This document shows, in pieces, positions 26,174 through 32,581 of a stretch of 32,581 bases of DNA (the stretch's first letter is position 1; every line of letters begins with the position of its first letter). The notes under the pieces are model-generated. The model saw only the letters and a program-made list of their open reading frames with translations. It had not been told where the DNA came from and made no database searches. Source of the stretch: Candidatus Hadarchaeota archaeon (GTDB lineage Archaea; Hadarchaeota; Hadarchaeia; Hadarchaeales; JAGGTB01); NCBI GenBank assembly GCA_964554215.1, contig CAZKND010000006.1, positions 1 to 32,581 on the forward strand. Direction: 5' to 3'. A program made the translations under genes and the position numbers.

Positions 26174-28416
26174 TTAACACCCTCCAACCAGCTTTCCCAA
26201 TTGGATAGCGCTTCCTCATAATCCGGTGCATTTTGATCCACCTCGACAAAGTACTTGTCGTAAGCCTTAGTGACAAAAGGTAATTCCAAATATTTGTCAT
26301 CGTCTTCCTCTCTAGCCAACATCAATATTTCTGATTTCATTTTTGCCTCCGCTAATATTTTCTTCAATAAATCATCCGGATCGATAGCCAATCTCTCACA
26401 TTGTCTGTAAACTTTTCTAGAACCTCCGTCCTCCGGAGATAAGAAGCTGAGTTTTTCCGCAGCTTTTTCAACATCCAAATCTGTTAGATCGTAAGAATTA
26501 ACTTTCTCAATCCATTTGTCCGGACCTGAAAAGAGATTAGCAGGTTCAAGAATGTCTTCTGATCTATTATCGGAGAAAAGTTCAACATATTCCGGATCTT
26601 CAGTCCAATCCTTCAAAATTTCAGATACTTCAGTGATTCTCCGGATGGTACCTTCAGAAGTTTCAAACTTACCTGTACTCACGATAAAGTCCACATACTT
26701 GTAAGCCGCCTCATGGAGACCCATTATATTCACGACCAGATCATACATCTGTCTCTTTGTCCTAGCATGGAAACTTGACAATACCGGCTGACTACCTCTC
26801 CGAGCCGCCGCACCGAGTGCTGACTTCACAGCCTCCGTTGAACGGACCTCCGTAATAAGCCAATAGGCAGCACCACCCCGAAGGAAGGCATTTACCTGAT
26901 CCTGAAGATGTTCGGCGTCCATTACCCGAACATTCTCTAACTCATAACCTGTATCTAGGAAATCATCAAACTGAACTTCTTCAGTATCCTGGAATGTAAT
27001 AATCCTGTCTCGAGACCCAATCTCCGGAATTTGAGTAATTAGATAAGAAGTTTTAGCAGTTCCAATGTCTCCAATCGTAAACAAAGAGGAACCCATCCTA
27101 ATCATATTACTAACAAATGAAGATGCTAACGGGGTAATAGATCCCTTTTCGAAAAACAAAGGCTGTGTCCACGGATCTCCCCTTCTCTTACGGATAGCCG
27201 CAGCAGCAGAATTTTCAGTCCAAAGAACAGGATGTCTACTTATGAAAAGCCTCAATCCCAACTCCGGAATTTCAGCATCCAACTGAGGATCAGGCTCATC
27301 GAAAGTTCTACCCAATTTTGAAGCTAGAGTTTCTGCCAACCCCATCAGAGAGGGTGAATCCCAATAAATACCGGTTTCACAGTTCCCCCATTTCTGATGA
27401 ACAATCCTAACGGGCTGCTTTTCGGGCGGGGCCTCTACATAGATATCTGTTATGTTCTCATCCTTACTGATCGGTTCTAAAATCTTATAGTTCAACCACT
27501 TGGCCATCGTCTCCGCTAAGCTTCTAATCTTGTCTGATGGTAAATTCAGGTCTGATTTTTCTTTGACGATATGCAGCAGGGTGTTGTACCAGTCTTCTGC
27601 GAATCCTCGGATCCGGGAGGGTTCGGCAAATCGAGCGTGGGAAGGTGCCGTGTCTATCTCCATCTTGTAGGCTTCGTAGAGGAGGTCGACTTCTTCTTTC
27701 GACAGGTCGAATTCCGGTATTTCTAAAGAGTAGAGAGGTACGGGTCTGTCTTCCTGTTTGTATATTTTCACTTCTCCTCTTTCTTCTTGGAGCGGGTAGG
27801 AGTCCAATAGTTCCAAGTCCCCTTCTGGAGGCTTCCAAACTCCTTCTACGAAAAACGGTTGGATCTTGACATCTAAAACATCGTTATAGTTTGAAGAATC
27901 TAAATCTTTGAAACCTGGAATGCTTTTCAAAGAATCTTTTATTCCGTTTATCAGTGCGAAAAAGTTCTCATCTGAACATTCTGAGCATTCTCCATTTGAT
28001 TGTTCCTCTTCTTCTTTCACCTTGTCTAGAGGTGAGAAATCTTGCGGATTTTTCATTATTTCGGGCCATATCTCTTTCATCTTCTCCATTCGCCGGTCTA
28101 TGCAAGATTCACATTTATCTAACTCCGATTCTGGACTATAGTACGTTCTGTCCCATACATTTGCCTTCAAAACTCCGAGAGTTCGGGCTATCTTTGAGAT
28201 TTTAGAAGTGGAGTAAATATTATCGAAACTAGTGCTCAAAACGACTCTTTCGACTTCCTCCTCACCTGACAAACCTTCAAATACGCATCTTCGACAATTT
28301 TCCGAATCCAGAGAACTTGCCTCCACACACCCATCACAGTCACACTTAGCTACATTTATTGGGCCTGATTTGGTTATATCAGAGCGAGACTCAAATCTTT
28401 CGGTTATAGGTTCCAT
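26170..28416 (-). CDS. Type II/IV secretion-family hexameric ATPase (ArlI/FlaI / PilB / TadA / VirB11 superfamily) with a long Cys-rich N-terminal extension and a C-terminal extension.
   Basis: Core alignment to the family by motif: ITDIYVEAP...VRIVH; AIRKRR; Walker A-like FTIGDIGTAKTSYL; Asp-box/Walker B RIITFQDTEEV; LRGGAAYWLITEVRSTEA (compare LR..PD.IhhGEhRG.EA); His box SSFHA. 748 aa against about 500-550 for typical family members as I recall them. Confidence 0.8.
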   Translation of the reverse strand: MEPITERFESRSDITKSGPINVAKCDCDGCVEASSLDSENCRRCVFEGLSGEEEVERVVLSTSFDNIYSTSKISKIARTLGVLKANVWDRTYYSPESELDKCESCIDRRMEKMKEIWPEIMKNPQDFSPLDKVKEEEEQSNGECSECSDENFFALINGIKDSLKSIPGFKDLDSSNYNDVLDVKIQPFFVEGVWKPPEGDLELLDSYPLQEERGEVKIYKQEDRPVPLYSLEIPEFDLSKEEVDLLYEAYKMEIDTAPSHARFAEPSRIRGFAEDWYNTLLHIVKEKSDLNLPSDKIRSLAETMAKWLNYKILEPISKDENITDIYVEAPPEKQPVRIVHQKWGNCETGIYWDSPSLMGLAETLASKLGRTFDEPDPQLDAEIPELGLRLFISRHPVLWTENSAAAAIRKRRGDPWTQPLFFEKGSITPLASSFVSNMIRMGSSLFTIGDIGTAKTSYLITQIPEIGSRDRIITFQDTEEVQFDDFLDTGYELENVRVMDAEHLQDQVNAFLRGGAAYWLITEVRSTEAVKSALGAAARRGSQPVLSSFHARTKRQMYDLVVNIMGLHEAAYKYVDFIVSTGKFETSEGTIRRITEVSEILKDWTEDPEYVELFSDNRSEDILEPANLFSGPDKWIEKVNSYDLTDLDVEKAAEKLSFLSPEDGGSRKVYRQCERLAIDPDDLLKKILAEAKMKSEILMLAREEDDDKYLELPFVTKAYDKYFVEVDQNAPDYEEALSNWESWLEGVN

Positions 28417-28716
28417 TTTTGTTCCCCTTTTACATTAATGACTAATCGTTTTGGATTTTATCCTTCAGATCAAACGAGTTCATCTGTTATGTTTTAAAAG
28501 GCTGTTTTAATTTATGTGTTTTCTTTTTACCTGGTTTGATGAGTGGAAGAACCATTCAATCTATTTCTCCAAAAAGATGAAAAATAAAGAGTTTAAAAAG
28601 CTATTTCAAGAACAGAAAGACCTCAAAATTATCAAAATTCCAACATGGAAAATTATCTTAAAAACATAAGCCCATAGACAGATTAATCTAGAATAACTAA
28701 AATTAAAAGGGATAAA
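28417..28716. promoter_or_regulatory. Divergent intergenic control region between the two filament operons.
   Basis: 300 bp and very AT-rich, the longest non-coding stretch in the window. It separates divergently oriented first genes. Contains TATA-like TTTTAAAAGG (28492-28501) and TTTAAAAAG (28592-28600), which sit in similar 18-19 nt contexts exactly 100 bp apart. Exact promoters were not determined. Confidence 0.5.
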
Positions 28717-29070
28717 TTGTCCACAGCAATGAAATTATTGGCTAGCGTCATCCTGGCTAGTATCTTCCTCACCATCGCCGGTGCTATAGGAGTTCGACTG
28801 AACACTCAAATAAATAGAGAAGAATTCAAAAGCGAGAGCGAATCTCTAGCAAACACTATAAAGGGTGGCATTACCCCAGAAAACAATTTCGAAATAACAG
28901 TCCCCAACGATTGCAAATTAAAATTTGAAGGGGAAAACATAATCGCTGAAATAAATGAAGTTCAACATCATTATCCTGCAGGAGTTCCGGTCTACGGAGA
29001 TGATTTAGAGCCTGGAACTCACAAATTAAACTTCAAAGAGAATGAGAGAGGAGTGACAATATATGGATGA
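28717..29070 (+). CDS. N-terminally anchored small protein (putative minor pilin / accessory); cassette position A.
   Basis: MSTAMKLLASVILASIFLTIAGAIG anchor. AAGGGA upstream of TTG 28717 (alternative ATG 28726). Paralogous to 23806..24189; see the motif blocks listed there. Confidence 0.6.
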   Translation: MSTAMKLLASVILASIFLTIAGAIGVRLNTQINREEFKSESESLANTIKGGITPENNFEITVPNDCKLKFEGENIIAEINEVQHHYPAGVPVYGDDLEPGTHKLNFKENERGVTIYG

Positions 29071-30082
29071 TAAAGGAAAGATTATCTGGAGACTCCTCTT
29101 CGGAGTCGTCATGGCGGCCCTGTTGATAGGCGTATTGTTAACCTACACTTACACCCAAAGGCAGTTCGCCGAAGAAAAAGAAGCTCAAAACTTAGCCGAC
29201 GACCTATCGAAAACTGCATTTTCAGCCATAGATAGGCAGGAAAGATCTATGACCCTTCCAACAGAGATAGGCGATTCATCTTACAGATTGAAAGTGGATG
29301 AAGATCAGAACGAGTTCCAGATTGAAATTTCAAAAGAGGGAGAAGAAAACAAGACGTTTCGTTCTACCGCGGGAATCAACCTTGAAAACAAAGGGCAGGT
29401 CCCCGACCCCGGAGAAGAGATATATTTCAGAGGGGATGGAGAAAAAGTCTTCTTCTCAGAGGACCCAATAGAAACATTGCCGTCGGATGGAGATGTGAAC
29501 GGGATAGAATATAATTGTCCGGAAAAATTCTACGAAAAAAACAAAAATGAACCGGAAAACTCTACAGGCCTAATTTACGCTTATTTTTACGCAAGGGACC
29601 AAATTGGGGCTGATGTCGATGTTGAGGAATACAAATGGGAGAGTTCTGACAAGTTATTGGTTAAGATTTCTGGAGAAACTTACAGAATCGAATGGAACGA
29701 TTTGCCCGCAGATGAATTTTCTGGTAAAAAAGTAACAAACATAACAGAACCCGAAAACCCTCCTGAAAACGGGTTTAAAGAACCGGGCTATTCGATTAAA
29801 GAAGCCTATGAAGGCGGATGCCTCTACTCCCCGGAAGAAGCAAAAAGCAACATAATGAGAAGGACTTGGGAAGACTATGACGGAAATATAGCTGAATTAT
29901 CCAACATACAATTCGAAGAGGATATTACCGCCACCATAATCGAAACGGATGTCTCAACATTTTCAACATGGAGATTGGAATTCGAGGATTACACATTTTA
30001 CCACGGAACAATGCCTTGGAAACCGGAAGACAACGATCCAGGATTCGCTTTTTACTCGATCGATCATTTGGAGGTGGTGTGA
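29063..30082 (+). CDS. N-terminally anchored 339-aa acidic protein (putative filament-associated / adhesin-like); cassette position B.
   Basis: MDDKG|KIIWRLLFGVVMAALLIGVLLTY. GAGAGGAGTGA upstream. The start is nested 8 nt inside the previous gene. A post-anchor Y.Q.R...E...DLS segment resembles the 142-aa protein at 23375..23803. Confidence 0.6.
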   Translation: MDDKGKIIWRLLFGVVMAALLIGVLLTYTYTQRQFAEEKEAQNLADDLSKTAFSAIDRQERSMTLPTEIGDSSYRLKVDEDQNEFQIEISKEGEENKTFRSTAGINLENKGQVPDPGEEIYFRGDGEKVFFSEDPIETLPSDGDVNGIEYNCPEKFYEKNKNEPENSTGLIYAYFYARDQIGADVDVEEYKWESSDKLLVKISGETYRIEWNDLPADEFSGKKVTNITEPENPPENGFKEPGYSIKEAYEGGCLYSPEEAKSNIMRRTWEDYDGNIAELSNIQFEEDITATIIETDVSTFSTWRLEFEDYTFYHGTMPWKPEDNDPGFAFYSIDHLEVV

Positions 30083-30759
30083 TGGATTTCTCAAAACCCG
30101 GAGAGAAGGGAGCAGCACCGACACTCATAGTCTTTATCCTGTTCGTAATGGTGTCGACAACACTCGTGATTAGTTACATTCAAACAACCGAAGAATCAAC
30201 AGTCAGCAGCATCCAAATGGCTAACGCATCCGACACAACTAGAGCTACTCTTAATTCGATAAACTCCGAGTTGGAAGAAGCCCTCAGAAAATCGGCTACT
30301 GCTGCAATGTACGATGTGGGTATGGGTGGAGGAACTATAGACGAGGTGGAAAATAAGACGAAGGAGTATATGAACAATAGGATAGAAAGAGGCTGGGATT
30401 ACGCCAATTTGGACACTAATATCCCTAAAATAGGCGAAGGTACAAATAATTCCATAGAATTCATAGAACAGCCAAACGGAAGTCTGTTGATTAGACTAAG
30501 ATTGGAAGACAGCGAAATCAAGCATGCATTAGGACCCACAGCCTACGGAACCTATCTACAGGTTAATTTATTCCCTAGATTCAGGAGAATAGAAAGTTTA
30601 GCAAAACAGATCGACAAAGATTTAGAGGACACTGACGATCTTCAAAGTTTAGAGGATAACTACAATGAGAAATACAAATACGAGGGAATAAAAGTCGAAA
30701 TAGAACCCGATAGCATAATCGTAAGAGATCTTTACGCCGGAAGAAGAGTAATAGTTTAA
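30082..30759 (+). CDS. Pilin-like protein with a class III signal peptide; cassette position C.
   Basis: MDFSKPGEKG|AAPTLIVFILFVMVSTTLVISYI resembles the archaeal pilin N-terminal motif (RG-x-S-P-V-I-G-hydrophobic). ATG 30082 overlaps the upstream TGA by 1 nt and has GGAGGTGGTG upstream. I treat the track's longer ORF from 29968 as a spurious 5' extension. Confidence 0.65.
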   Translation: MDFSKPGEKGAAPTLIVFILFVMVSTTLVISYIQTTEESTVSSIQMANASDTTRATLNSINSELEEALRKSATAAMYDVGMGGGTIDEVENKTKEYMNNRIERGWDYANLDTNIPKIGEGTNNSIEFIEQPNGSLLIRLRLEDSEIKHALGPTAYGTYLQVNLFPRFRRIESLAKQIDKDLEDTDDLQSLEDNYNEKYKYEGIKVEIEPDSIIVRDLYAGRRVIV

Positions 30760-30770
30760 AAAATTAAACC

Positions 30771-31487
30771 TTACAGTATTTCTTTCAAATCTTCCAAACT
30801 ATCTACTTGTAAATCCGCTTTTTCACTGTCGTGCCAATCACGACGTTTGACTAAAATAGTCTTCATCCCAACAGCGTTCGCTCCCTTAATATCAGTGAAA
30901 GGCTTATCCCCAACCATACAAATTTTCCCGATCTCAACCCCCAACTCTTCAGCAACCATGCTAAAACATTCAGAATCAGGCTTCGGTTCTTCAGTGTCTT
31001 CGCCGGCAACGACTACAGAATCAAAAAGATCATAGAAGTTTAAAGGTTCAATTCTGTCGATTTTAGAACCTCCAAAATTATCCGTATCGGTCAATAGACC
31101 GAGTTTGTAACCTTTAGAATCTAAATAATCAAGGACAGACTCCGAACCCGAATAGGGTACCGCTGAAACCTCATAGTTATCCCAATATATATCGGTCAAC
31201 TCTTCAACCAAATCGGAATCCAACTCGTCCTCTATACCTATAATGTCAAAAAAAGATGGCCACCACTCATCTCTATCATACTCCCTCTTACGATTCTTTT
31301 CGTCGTCAAAATCGGACAGTTTTTTGACCAATTCATTAAGTCCCATGTCCAACTCTTCGGAATATCTCCTGAAAATTTTCCCTGCCACGGCCTTTTGAGC
31401 TGCTTCTAAACCTTTCTGAGCATCGAGAAGGGTTTCATCCAGATCGAAAACCACGGCTTCAACATCTTCGAAATCGGAACCACTCAA
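30771..31487 (-). CDS. HAD-superfamily hydrolase (subfamily IA-like phosphatase).
   Basis: Motif I VVFDLDETLLD (DxDxT), motif II LGLLTDT, motifs III/IV K...VGDKPFTDIKGANAVGMKTILV. The TTG start overlaps the upstream TGA (TTGA). Confidence 0.85.
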   Translation of the reverse strand: MSGSDFEDVEAVVFDLDETLLDAQKGLEAAQKAVAGKIFRRYSEELDMGLNELVKKLSDFDDEKNRKREYDRDEWWPSFFDIIGIEDELDSDLVEELTDIYWDNYEVSAVPYSGSESVLDYLDSKGYKLGLLTDTDNFGGSKIDRIEPLNFYDLFDSVVVAGEDTEEPKPDSECFSMVAEELGVEIGKICMVGDKPFTDIKGANAVGMKTILVKRRDWHDSEKADLQVDSLEDLKEIL

Positions 31488-32134
31488 ACTACCTCACCAC
31501 CACAAAATTCGGTGACATAATCCAGCATGATTTCTCTAGCCTTGTCCAATTTTCCACCCACACCAGGGATTCCGCAAACCATCAGCAAAACATCCGTCGT
31601 ATCAGTGGTGATCTTTGTCTCTTCAGAATCTCTGTAAGGGTAGATAGCTACTATCTTCTCGGAATCCGAAACCACGATTTCATCACCTGAGAGTTCCTTA
31701 GGTTCGTCCATTCCGATTCCTCGAAAGACCTCACCTCTCTCCGAAAAACGCAACTCCAAATCTCCTTCTAATGTCTCGTAATCGAAAGCGGCCAAAGGTA
31801 TCTCTGACTTGATAGAAGCCAGGTTGTAAGCATCGACAAGGGTATTGATCGATGGAATCTCTTTCCCTTGAAGGATCCTTCGGATGAGAGCTTCGGAAGC
31901 CGGTCTCGTTTTAGTAGGGTCTATCTCCAAATCCCAGAAAAAATCTCGATACTTCCGGAAGATGGAAACATCTTTCAATTCGTCCAAATCTCTCTTCTCC
32001 CGGACTTGCGAAATCACTTCATCCTTAAACTCTTCTAACTCCCCCGAACCACTCTCGATGTTTACTCCTTCTACCCGGTTTGTCAAGACTTTCAATCCGG
32101 GGAATTTTTCTCTAACCTTTTCGCTATATTCCAA
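31484..32134 (-). CDS. Stand-alone B3/B4 domain protein (PheRS beta-subunit editing/tRNA-binding domain-like).
   Basis: TRPASEALIRRILQGKEIPSINTLVDAYNLASIKSEIPLAAFDYETLEGDLELRF ... IVVSD ... VAIYPYRDSEETKITTDTTDVLLMVCG matches the B3_4 pattern as I recall it. GGGTGTGA lies upstream of the TTG start. Confidence 0.7.
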   Translation of the reverse strand: MEYSEKVREKFPGLKVLTNRVEGVNIESGSGELEEFKDEVISQVREKRDLDELKDVSIFRKYRDFFWDLEIDPTKTRPASEALIRRILQGKEIPSINTLVDAYNLASIKSEIPLAAFDYETLEGDLELRFSERGEVFRGIGMDEPKELSGDEIVVSDSEKIVAIYPYRDSEETKITTDTTDVLLMVCGIPGVGGKLDKAREIMLDYVTEFCGGEVV

Positions 32135-32194
32135 TATTCACACCCAATCCAAAGTTACAATTTTTAGATAAACAATCTTTCAAAGAAAAAATAT

Positions 32195-32581
32195 TCATTT
32201 TTCGTTCAGCTCGAATTCAACTCTATTCCTATCTTCCCCTTTATTCACCATGTTCTTGATTTGGAACTCGCCCAGTTCTTTCGTGTTCTTCACATGCGTT
32301 CCGGCACATGCCGTTTTGTCTAAGCCTTCGATTTCGACTATTCTCAGTTCTTGGACCGAATCCGGTAGAAGATCAATCCTCGTCCGTTCCTTGTCCAATT
32401 TTTCAACTGCTTCCTCTCTCGACATGGTGTAAATGTCGACCTCTCTCTCATCTTTCACAACTTCGTTCACTTTCTTCTCAATCATCTCGACCTTATCCGA
32501 GATGCTCTTAGAGAAATCTATCCTCGCCCTATCTTCATGGATCTGATTACCCGTCGTCCTACCTCCAACCTCGTCGAGAAC
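32195..32581 (-). CDS. alaX: AlaX-like alanyl-tRNA editing protein (Thr/Ala-tRNA synthetase second additional domain); 5' end lies beyond the right edge.
   Basis: KTACAGTHVKNTKELGEFQI (CxxxH zinc/editing motif) with NRVEFEL. The frame stays open upstream of the listed Met to 32581 (VLDEVGGRTTGNQIHEDRARIDFSKSISDKVEMIEKKVNE), which matches the family's ...R.DF......-E..VN region. Confidence 0.75.
   Translation of the reverse strand, partial: VLDEVGGRTTGNQIHEDRARIDFSKSISDKVEMIEKKVNEVVKDEREVDIYTMSREEAVEKLDKERTRIDLLPDSVQELRIVEIEGLDKTACAGTHVKNTKELGEFQIKNMVNKGEDRNRVEFELNEK

Noticed and set aside
28577-28669. 30-codon basic ORF (MKNKEFKKLFQEQKDLKIIKIPTWKIILKT) in the divergent spacer.
   Set aside because: It has no RBS, and its A-rich composition yields Lys-rich peptides by default. 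It is mentioned only inside the control-region finding, because there is no independent support.
29968-30081. 5' extension of the last plus-operon gene; the track gives 29968..30759 at 263 aa.
   Set aside because: The extension overlaps the 3' end of the 339-aa gene out of frame and encodes an R/G-rich peptide. ATG 30082 has a GGAGGTGGTG RBS and yields a canonical class III signal-peptide N-terminus.
22884-30759. Interpretation of the locus as an archaellum (motility) operon.
   Set aside because: There are no archaellin-like genes, no ArlC/D/E/F/G-like genes and no canonical arlH-I-J order. The adjacent KaiC-like gene has two domains, is separated by a 266-bp spacer and is frameshifted.
22884-30759. 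Filament locus as a horizontally acquired island on the basis of composition.
   Set aside because: Spot counts of single 60-nt lines varied from about 32% to about 47% GC. The higher values track membrane-protein genes generally (e.g. also 19648..21090). There are no flanking tRNA, integrase or direct repeats, so I cannot support an island without proper windowed statistics.
1-32581. CRISPR arrays, IS/transposase genes, integrases, toxin-antitoxin pairs, tRNA/rRNA genes and riboswitches.
   Set aside because: I scanned all intergenic gaps (none longer than 300 bp) and the ORF translations. There are no spaced direct repeats, no DDE/tyrosine-recombinase motifs, no cloverleaf-like GC-rich segments and no recognisable leader structures.

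Overview
Compact, AT-rich prokaryotic window, about 93% coding by my tally of the calls below, with roughly 30 genes on both strands. No rRNA, tRNA, CRISPR array, transposase or integrase was recognised. The host looks like a salt-in halophilic archaeon with a streamlined genome. The supporting observations are very acidic (D/E-rich) predicted proteins, GGAGGTG/GGGG ribosome-binding motifs, frequent TTG/GTG starts, 1-13 nt start/stop overlaps and an archaeal-style type IV filament locus. A Nanohaloarchaeota-like organism is my guess and cannot be verified here. All family calls come from motifs I read in the translations; no database search was run. Left to right the window holds: (1) a DASS/TrkA-C permease broken by an in-frame TAG after a T15 tract; (2) a ferritin-like / HEAT-repeat / processive GT2 synthase / small 2-TM operon, convergent with a membrane-anchored LamG+GH30 glycosidase; (3) two small membrane proteins, a class I flavoprotein disulfide reductase, an anchored metallophosphoesterase, a GH37 trehalase, an archaeal MutS-like ATPase, an MFS transporter, a transglutaminase-like protein, an NDH-2/AIF-like flavoprotein, a Usp-like protein and a second DASS permease; (4) a two-domain KaiC-like ATPase split by a 1-nt frameshift; (5) the standout, at 22.9-30.8 kb, a divergently organised type IV filament (Tad/archaeal pilus-like) locus; (6) a HAD hydrolase, a stand-alone B3/4 domain protein and a partial AlaX-like editing protein. 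The filament locus has an unusually long Cys-rich secretion ATPase and a TadC/FlaJ-like platform protein. It also carries two mirror-image copies of a three-gene cassette of N-terminally anchored, pilin-like proteins.
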